From NCBI GenBank assembly GCA_963820525.1, contig CAWGAA010000001.1:1920001-1984000 (forward strand): a stretch of 64,000 nucleotides of DNA, read 5' to 3'. The translations under genes and the position numbers were made by a program. This stretch comes from an uncultured Spirochaetota bacterium (GTDB lineage: Bacteria > Spirochaetota > Spirochaetia > SZUA-6 > Fen-1364). Below are positions 58,040 to 64,000 of this stretch, in pieces (the first letter of the stretch is position 1; every line of letters starts with the position of its first letter). The notes under the pieces are model-generated. The model worked only from the letters and a program-made list of their open reading frames with translations, was not told where the DNA came from and did no database searches.

Positions 58040-58249
58040 GATTGCCGGCCCGCTTGGCGATCATCGAACCGAAGCGCGTCGGGGAAGATGCCTCCTTCAT
58101 CGCGTCGGAAATAGCCTCCCGTCGAATCTGACCTCTTGATGCATTGCGGACTTTCGTGATTACTATTTCATCACAAAAGGTTTGCCATGAAGAACAGCGC
58201 CATCACGATCTTGACCAAGCCGTTCGATTCACGTTCGAGGAGGACTGAT

Positions 58250-58816
58250 ATGGTGCGAGCTTTGAGGCATAGAGGGAAATCAAGACGCGCGCTCTTGTGC
58301 ATCTTGATATTCATCTCTACCGCGGAAATCTCGTTTGCAGGCGATTTCACAGCGGGACTGTCCCTCCCCTACCTCGGGCAAGGGCTCTACCAGGGAAATG
58401 CCGTTACGCTCCTGAACCTCTCCCCCTTTTCCCTTGAATACTCGGCTCTTCCCTTGCTGGGCATCCGCATCGCTGCGATAACGCTTTTCTCGCTGCCGGC
58501 TCCGGCAATCATCAAGGAGTTCTGGTTCGTCCTGGAGCTTCCCCTGTATCCTTTCGCATCCGACAACCTCCCGGATGAGGGCTTCTACATCGGTCCGGTT
58601 GCATTCTCCCAGCTCAACGATCAGGACTTTGGAAACTACTATTGGGGAATCGGGCTCTCCGCCGGATACAAGGTGATCCTCGGGCCTTTCACAATTCGAT
58701 CGGGGCTGTGGGCAGGATATCATCAGCTCTTCGACATGTCCCTCGCCGTCCCTGAAGGCAGCAAGGCCGGCATAGCGATCGGGTTGACGCTCCTCGAGGC
58801 CGGGCTCGCTTTCTAG
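58250..58816 (+). CDS. Hypothetical exported/outer-membrane-like protein
   Basis: RBS AGGAGG, signal-like segment, amphipathic strands, terminal Phe. Confidence 0.55.
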   Translation: MVRALRHRGKSRRALLCILIFISTAEISFAGDFTAGLSLPYLGQGLYQGNAVTLLNLSPFSLEYSALPLLGIRIAAITLFSLPAPAIIKEFWFVLELPLYPFASDNLPDEGFYIGPVAFSQLNDQDFGNYYWGIGLSAGYKVILGPFTIRSGLWAGYHQLFDMSLAVPEGSKAGIAIGLTLLEAGLAF

Positions 58817-58871
58817 TTCTGCCCGGGAAACCCGCGCAGCGCGCGAGCGTTTGACGGCGCCGAGGCCGCGC

Positions 58872-59050
58872 TTGACATCGGACAAAGAATATGTACTCTC
58901 GATCCTGACAACCACAGACGGAGGTATGGATGAAAGCTCTTGTTCGCACATGCTTCGAAAGGGTCCGCAAAACACGGGCTCACGGAGGTGATCGAGGCTT
59001 CCCTCGCTGAAGCGCTCGACCGGTTCCTCCGTGGGCGTGCTCTTTCTCTC
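58872..59050 (+). promoter_or_regulatory. Promoter, leader ORF (58930-59010) and attenuator-like hairpin upstream of the RNHCP gene
   Basis: TTGACA-N16-TACTCT; GGAGG + ATG leader MKALVRTCFERVRKTRAHGGDRGFPR; stem GCTCACGGAGG / CCTCCGTGGGC then a pyrimidine tract. Confidence 0.5.
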
Positions 59051-59068
59051 TTGTGGAGGAATCAACAC

Positions 59069-59437
59069 GTGTCTCGCTTCCCAACACTCGAACAAAACGG
59101 GGAACCTTTCAGTTGCATCCACTGTAAGAATCTGATAGATGATCGGGCTCCCGGCACGGACCAGCGAAACCACTGTCCCCGATGCCTGTGGAGCAAACAC
59201 GTCGACTTTCGATGCGGTGACAGGAGGTCCGCTTGCCAGGCGGCCATGGAGCCGATCGCCGTTTGGGTCAAACCGAACGGCGAGTGGTCGATCATCCACA
59301 TGTGCGGGGCGTGCGGCGCGATCCGGGCGAACAGGATAGCGGGCGACGATAACGAGCTCGTTTTGCTGTCGCTTGCCATCAAGCCCCTGGCCCGGCCTGC
59401 ATTCCCCCTGGACAAGCTGGATGTGCCCGGCTATTAA
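59069..59437 (+). CDS. RNHCP domain-containing protein
   Basis: F.C..C, RNHCPRCLWSKHVD, GDR...C...MEP, H.C..CG...NRIAGDDN; RBS GGAGGA + GTG. Confidence 0.9.
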   Translation: MSRFPTLEQNGEPFSCIHCKNLIDDRAPGTDQRNHCPRCLWSKHVDFRCGDRRSACQAAMEPIAVWVKPNGEWSIIHMCGACGAIRANRIAGDDNELVLLSLAIKPLARPAFPLDKLDVPGY

Positions 59438-60425
59438 AAACCCATGCCCCCTCCCACGGGGGCATGGTAATCTTGACGCCATCACCGAAGCTCGCAAAAG
59501 CGATCTCCACAATCACTCCCTGCTGGGGACTCGACTGGAGAACATCGAATCATGGGCCGGCGCCGCACTGCGGCCCGCGCCGCAGCGCATGGGCTCTCTG
59601 GACGAGATGCGCGAATACATGCACGATGCGCTCTACCCGCACATCCTGTGCCGGGGCGGCTTCGAGTTCACCGCGGAATCCGCGATACGCGACGCGCTTG
59701 CCGATGCGGTGGTTCTTCTGGAGATGAGCCTCGACGTGCGCTGCGCCCGGTTCTATCAGAGCGGCCTCGATGGCTTCTTTCACTTCATTGTCGGGCTGAA
59801 AAAGAAATACAGTGACCGCATCAGTTTCCGTCCCGAGATCGGCGTTTCCAAAAACCGCGATCCGGAGGCCGAAATCACCATTGCAATGGAGTGCGTATCT
59901 TCCGGGGTTTTCGACTCGATCGATCTCTACGGCAATGAGGATGCCCAGCCGCCCGAGGTGTACCGGAGCCTCTACCGGCAGGCGAGGAAGCGGGGCCTGA
60001 AGCTCAAGGCTCACGTCGGGGAGTTCGGCAGCGCCGAGCTCGTCCTTCGCACCGTCGCTGCCCTCGATCTGGATGAGGTGCAGCACGGGATCGCGGCGGC
60101 AGCTTCCCGGCCCGCAATGAAGATGCTGCGCAGCCGCGGCATACGATTGAACGTCTGCCCCACCAGCAACGTGCGCCTGGGCGTCGTCGAGGACATTTCA
60201 CGCCACCCCATCCGCGCGCTCGTTGACAGCGGGCTTCGGGTCACGATCAATTCGGACGATCTTGCGATATTCGGCCAGTCGGTTTCCCAGGAATACCTCA
60301 ATCTCTATCGAGCCCGCGTTCTCACCGCGGAAGAGCTCGAGGAGATCCGGCAGGAGGGCCTGCGGGGCATCGGCAGCCCGACGGAGGAACAGCGTTCGGG
60401 AATGGATCCAGGAGGCGAGCGGTGA
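59421..60425 (+). CDS. Adenosine deaminase family protein (start uncertain)
   Basis: KSDLHNH, KAHVGE, HG, NVCPTSN, INSDD. Confidence 0.8.
   Translation: MCPAIKNPCPLPRGHGNLDAITEARKSDLHNHSLLGTRLENIESWAGAALRPAPQRMGSLDEMREYMHDALYPHILCRGGFEFTAESAIRDALADAVVLLEMSLDVRCARFYQSGLDGFFHFIVGLKKKYSDRISFRPEIGVSKNRDPEAEITIAMECVSSGVFDSIDLYGNEDAQPPEVYRSLYRQARKRGLKLKAHVGEFGSAELVLRTVAALDLDEVQHGIAAAASRPAMKMLRSRGIRLNVCPTSNVRLGVVEDISRHPIRALVDSGLRVTINSDDLAIFGQSVSQEYLNLYRARVLTAEELEEIRQEGLRGIGSPTEEQRSGMDPGGER
59442..59467. terminator. Strong hairpin after the RNHCP gene
   Basis: CCATGCCCCC-TCCCAC-GGGGGCATGG preceded by AAAAA. Confidence 0.5.
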
Positions 60426-60427
60426 TA

Positions 60428-60988
60428 ATGAGCTTTCTCAGAGACCTGGCCAGGGTCTTCAGCAGGCCTCGCTCTCTGTACAGCGGCATCTCGCAAGGCC
60501 GCGCCGCGCCGAGCTGGATGTGCGTCCTTCTCTATTGTCTCGCCTATGAGGTGGGGGTGCTCTGGCTCTATTTCAGCGGCTTCACCCCCTTCGCGGAGCC
60601 CTGGCTGAGATTGAGGGAGGACACCTACTACCTGGCGGAGGCCTTCTACATCCTCCCCCTCGTCTTCCTCATGTGGATCTTGGGGGCCGGCGTACTTCAC
60701 CTCATCAGCATGCATGTTTTCGGAGGCAGGGGCCGCTTCGAGACCGTGTTCACCATGACCGGTTATTCGCTGTGGGCGCCCTGGTACCCGCTCATCGTGG
60801 TCGACTGCATCCACGCCACGCCGCAGTGGCTCTACAACATCGTCCTGGGAGCCAGCATGCTCTTCATGCTTTTCCAGACCGCGCTGGCGGCGCGCACCGA
60901 GGAGAAAATCGGATGGGCGTCCGCCGTGCTGGCTTCGCTCGTGTCGGTCGGCTCGATCGGTGTTATCCTTTACACGTACATCCGCTAG
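60428..60988 (+). CDS. YIP1-like membrane protein
   Basis: VFSRPRSLY, about five transmembrane segments, FGGRGRFE. Confidence 0.65.
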   Translation: MSFLRDLARVFSRPRSLYSGISQGRAAPSWMCVLLYCLAYEVGVLWLYFSGFTPFAEPWLRLREDTYYLAEAFYILPLVFLMWILGAGVLHLISMHVFGGRGRFETVFTMTGYSLWAPWYPLIVVDCIHATPQWLYNIVLGASMLFMLFQTALAARTEEKIGWASAVLASLVSVGSIGVILYTYIR

Positions 60989-61004
60989 AATGGAGGAAAG
61001 CCCG

Positions 61005-61196
61005 ATGGAGGCGAGCGTACGCAAAAACATCAAGCCGGGAATCAAGGTCCTCATCGTGCAGAAAAAGGATCAGCCCACCGGGGCCACCACCGAAGGGATC
61101 GTCAAAGACATTCTCACCAGCTCTCCCACCCACCCCCACGGCATCAAGGTCCGTCTGGAAAGCGGTGAGGTGGGAAGAGTGAAGCAGATCCTCTAG
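61005..61196 (+). CDS. YwbE family protein
   Basis: IKPG..V.IVQKKDQ.TG..TEG.VKDILT.S..HPHGIKVRL..G.VGRV. Confidence 0.9.
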   Translation: MEASVRKNIKPGIKVLIVQKKDQPTGATTEGIVKDILTSSPTHPHGIKVRLESGEVGRVKQIL

Positions 61197-61224
61197 AGAA
61201 AGCCCGCCGCAGCGGCGACCCCCC

Positions 61225-61707
61225 CTACCCTCCCTCTCCTTCCCCCACCTCGAAACAGAAATCCCCGACAACCCCGCCCGTCGCGCTCACGAGGGACTCG
61301 AAGCTCATCGGAACGCCCGAGGCATCCGTGCCCGCCGCAGGATACACCGTTGCGTGACGCGACAGGCCGGCGTCGATGTAGATCGCGATGGCCCCGTCCA
61401 GGCCGAACGGGCAGACCCCGCCGGGAGGAAAACCCGTGGCGGAGAGGGCCTCTTCCGCGCTCGCCATGCGGGATTTCACGCCGGTGGCGGCCTTAAGCTT
61501 GGACGACGATACCCTCCTGTCTCCGGGACAGACGACCAGGAAAAATCTCCCATCCTTTCCGATAAAAAGCAGGGACTTGGCGATCTGCCCCACCGCGACG
61601 CCGAAGCGCTGTGCGGCCAGAGGCGAGGTGGCGCAGCTTCCGGCCTCGAACTCGGTTGCGGCAAGGCCGTGCCCGGTGAGAGCCGCGCGGACTTTTTCGG
61701 GAATCAT
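61225..61707 (-). CDS. YbaK/EbsC family aminoacyl-tRNA deacylase-like protein
   Basis: QIAKSLLF, TGF.PGGVCPFG, VYPAAG; ATGA overlap with the upstream gene. Confidence 0.9.
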   Translation of the reverse strand: MIPEKVRAALTGHGLAATEFEAGSCATSPLAAQRFGVAVGQIAKSLLFIGKDGRFFLVVCPGDRRVSSSKLKAATGVKSRMASAEEALSATGFPPGGVCPFGLDGAIAIYIDAGLSRHATVYPAAGTDASGVPMSFESLVSATGGVVGDFCFEVGEGEGG

Positions 61708-62747
61708 GCCGGGTCTCTGTAGGAGTCGCAGACCTCCAGGATGCTCTGGCGCTCCGAGAGAAAATGCGAGGCCATGCGGGGGTCGAACTGCGCGCCCTTC
61801 TGCGAGTCGATGTACGCGAACGCCCGCTCCGTGGTCCACGGCTCCTTGTAGGGCCGGCGGGAGATGAGGGCGTCGAAAACGTCCGCGATCGCGCTGATGC
61901 GCCCGAAAAGGGGGATCTCCTCGCCCCGGATCCCCTTGGGGTAGCCGCTGCCGTCGAAGCGCTCGTGGTGTGTGAGCGCAATGGTGGAGCCGGTCTGGAT
62001 GTAGGGGCTTGCGGAATCGCGCATGATCTGGTAGCCGATCGTCGTGTGCTCCTTGATGGTCGCGAACTCCTCGGGGGTGAGCGGGCCCCTCTTCTTGGTG
62101 AGGGCTTCGGGGACGCTGAGCATTCCCACGTCGTGGAGGGCGGAGCTCATGAAGAGGAGGTCCTGCTGGAACCCCTTCTCCCCCGCCGCCCGGGCGATGA
62201 TCTTCGCGAAGTTGGCGACGCGCGAAATATGATTCACGACTCCCGGATCCCCGTGCTCGGCGAGCTTTCCGATAGCCACAATGGCCTCGATCTCCCTCTC
62301 CACCGTCTTGCGCGTGGCCTTCTCTATCTCCTTCTGCAGAAGCTGAGCCCACTCCTTGTAGAAGAGCTGGCCTTTTCGAAGCTGGATGAGGCACTTCACG
62401 CGGGCGGAGAACTCCGAGAGGCAGAGGGGCTTGCTGAGAAACTCCGTGACCCCGGCCTCCAGGGCCTTGATCCGCATATCCTCCAGGTCCGTGACCCCCG
62501 TGACGATCACGATGGGCAGGTCGGCATGTCGGGCCCGCACGTTCCTGATGAACCGGATCCCATCTATTTCCGCGATCGTGGAATCGACGAAAACCAGGTC
62601 CACCGGATTGGTCTGCAGAAACCCGAGGGCTTCGAGTGGCTCGGTAAAGCTCACCACGGGAAGCCCGATCTCGCGTCCCATCCGCTCGATCAACAGGAGG
62701 CTGGCCTTGTCGTCATCCACCGAGATCGCTCTCAGTTCTTGTTCCAT
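61704..62747 (-). CDS. Response regulator with HD-GYP phosphodiesterase domain
   Basis: Receiver domain (VDD, FLSKP), LHDVG, HHERFDGSGYP, ADVFDAL...RPYK. Confidence 0.92.
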   Translation of the reverse strand: MEQELRAISVDDDKASLLLIERMGREIGLPVVSFTEPLEALGFLQTNPVDLVFVDSTIAEIDGIRFIRNVRARHADLPIVIVTGVTDLEDMRIKALEAGVTEFLSKPLCLSEFSARVKCLIQLRKGQLFYKEWAQLLQKEIEKATRKTVEREIEAIVAIGKLAEHGDPGVVNHISRVANFAKIIARAAGEKGFQQDLLFMSSALHDVGMLSVPEALTKKRGPLTPEEFATIKEHTTIGYQIMRDSASPYIQTGSTIALTHHERFDGSGYPKGIRGEEIPLFGRISAIADVFDALISRRPYKEPWTTERAFAYIDSQKGAQFDPRMASHFLSERQSILEVCDSYRDPA

Positions 62748-62864
62748 CACGCAAATTCTATGAAAGAAGAGGCTCCGCGTCAATGGAAACAGAATTTGAC
62801 CCAGGGGGAGGCAAGTGCTACCTTATCACGCGGGACCAGACTCGACCGGAAAGGATGTTTTTCA

Positions 62865-63587
62865 ATGGCGAACTTGATTGATACGAGCTGTGAAAAGACG
62901 GTCTCAAAAGAAGATCTTCTGAAAAAAATGAAAGGCACGCCCGACTTCATCCTCGAGCAATACTACTGCAAGGGTGTGGGCGCCTATTGCATGGACAAGG
63001 AGCTGTGCGTGCAGCTCGTGGCCAAGGCGAAGTTTCCGACTCGTTACGGCACGTTCACCATCTACGGCTTCTTCGACAGCCGCGAGGAAAAGGAGCACAC
63101 GGCGATCGTGCGGGGAGACGTGGCGGGCAAGAAGAAAGTGCCCCTCCGCGTGCACTCCGAGTGCCATACCGGTGACGTGTGGGGGAGCCTGCGCTGCGAC
63201 TGCAGGGACCAGCTCGAAGCGGCCATCGCGTATATCGGCAAGCAGCCGTTCGGCGCCATCATCTACCTCAAGCAGGAGGGGCGCGGCATCGGGCTTCTCA
63301 ACAAGATCAAGGCCTACCAGCTGCAGGACCTGGGTCTCGATACCATCGAGGCCAACCAATACCTGGACCTCCCCGTGGACGCACGGGACTACAAGGTGGC
63401 CTCGCGGATAATCCAGCTTCTGAAAATAGACTCAGTCTCCCTCTTGACCAACAACCCGGACAAGATCGAAAAGCTGCGCGAGGACGGCATCGACGTCGTG
63501 GAGAGGATTCCCGTTGTGATCGAACCCAACGCGTACAGCAGGAGCTACCTCGACGTGAAGAGGGATAAGATGGGGCACCTGCTCTAG
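62865..63587 (+). CDS. ribA: GTP cyclohydrolase II
   Basis: RVHSECHTGD..GSLRCDC, QEGRGIGL.NK, LLTNNPDK, K.DKMGHLL. Confidence 0.95.
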   Translation: MANLIDTSCEKTVSKEDLLKKMKGTPDFILEQYYCKGVGAYCMDKELCVQLVAKAKFPTRYGTFTIYGFFDSREEKEHTAIVRGDVAGKKKVPLRVHSECHTGDVWGSLRCDCRDQLEAAIAYIGKQPFGAIIYLKQEGRGIGLLNKIKAYQLQDLGLDTIEANQYLDLPVDARDYKVASRIIQLLKIDSVSLLTNNPDKIEKLREDGIDVVERIPVVIEPNAYSRSYLDVKRDKMGHLL

Positions 63588-64000
63588 CCGGGAATCCGGG
63601 CTGCGAAGAGCCTCTCCGACGCGCCGGAGATCCGCTCCAACGCCTCGGCCACCTTTTCCCTCCTGTTGAAGGCGTTCATCCTCACGTAGCCTTCCCCGCA
63701 TCTGCCGAAGCCGATGCCGGGAGTGCAGACGATGCCGGCGCATTCCAGGAGCTCGTCGAAGAAGCGCCAGGAATCGCTCTCCGTCTTGACCCAGATGTAC
63801 GGCGAGTTGTCCCCGCCCGCGCAGGCGAACCCCAGGGAGACGAGCCTCTCCCTGAGGATCTTCGCATTGCCCAGATAGTAGTCGACGCTCGCCGCGGCTT
63901 CCTTTCTGCCCTGGGGAGTGTACAAGGCCGCGGCGGCCCTCTGAACGGGATAGGAGACGCCGTTGAATTTCGTGCTTACCCTCCGCATCCACAGGGAGCG
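63584..64000 (-). CDS. dapL: LL-diaminopimelate aminotransferase, 3' part
   Basis: LW.RR.STKFNGVSYPVQRAA, GG.NSPYIW, TPG.GFG..GEGY.R. Confidence 0.9.
   Translation of the reverse strand, partial: RSLWMRRVSTKFNGVSYPVQRAAAALYTPQGRKEAAASVDYYLGNAKILRERLVSLGFACAGGDNSPYIWVKTESDSWRFFDELLECAGIVCTPGIGFGRCGEGYVRMNAFNRREKVAEALERISGASERLFAARIPG

Noticed and set aside
50480..58820. Cluster of small accessory genes as further integron cassettes
   Set aside because: Mixed orientations and no attC-like TAAC...GTT palindromes found by eye.
1..64000. tRNA or rRNA genes
   Set aside because: No cloverleaf or rRNA signature recognised by eye; tRNAscan-SE/barrnap would be needed to exclude them.

Overview
GC-rich bacterial chromosomal segment. 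The gene content is suggestive of a free-living Spirochaetia-like organism, but this is inference only. Left half (1-34 kb): polyamine ABC transporter (potA, partial potB), Tex, DedA, a LacI-sensor/GGDEF protein, a PHP hydrolase, a glycine-riboswitch-led gcvT-H-PA-PB operon, an operon of a 1810-aa exported protein, an alpha-2-macroglobulin (frameshifted) and PbpC, a LolA-like/ABC permease operon, OsmC and UppP. Centre (34.2-50.5 kb): a complete integron with intact intI, attI and seven 116-118 bp attC sites. Its cassettes encode an esterase, an inverted XRE-HTH protein, two hypotheticals, a cysteine synthase, an ABC/AAA-ATPase + PIN pair and a HEPN/DUF4145-like protein, with a GH5 gene after the last attC. 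Two near-identical IS110/IS1111-family elements sit at the same position (TAA-CA-AATCG) inside two attC sites. Their downstream non-coding region contains readable target and donor guide segments of a bridge/seekRNA. The only difference between the two copies in that region is one guide nucleotide, and in each copy it matches that copy's own attC target. Copy 2 is interrupted by an IS3 element. The array ends at a decayed IS481 fused to an ankyrin gene remnant. Right end: small accessory genes, an RNHCP gene with a leader/attenuator-like 5' region, adenosine deaminase-like, YwbE, YbaK, HD-GYP regulator, ribA and partial dapL. All calls were made by eye; no database searches or folding were run.
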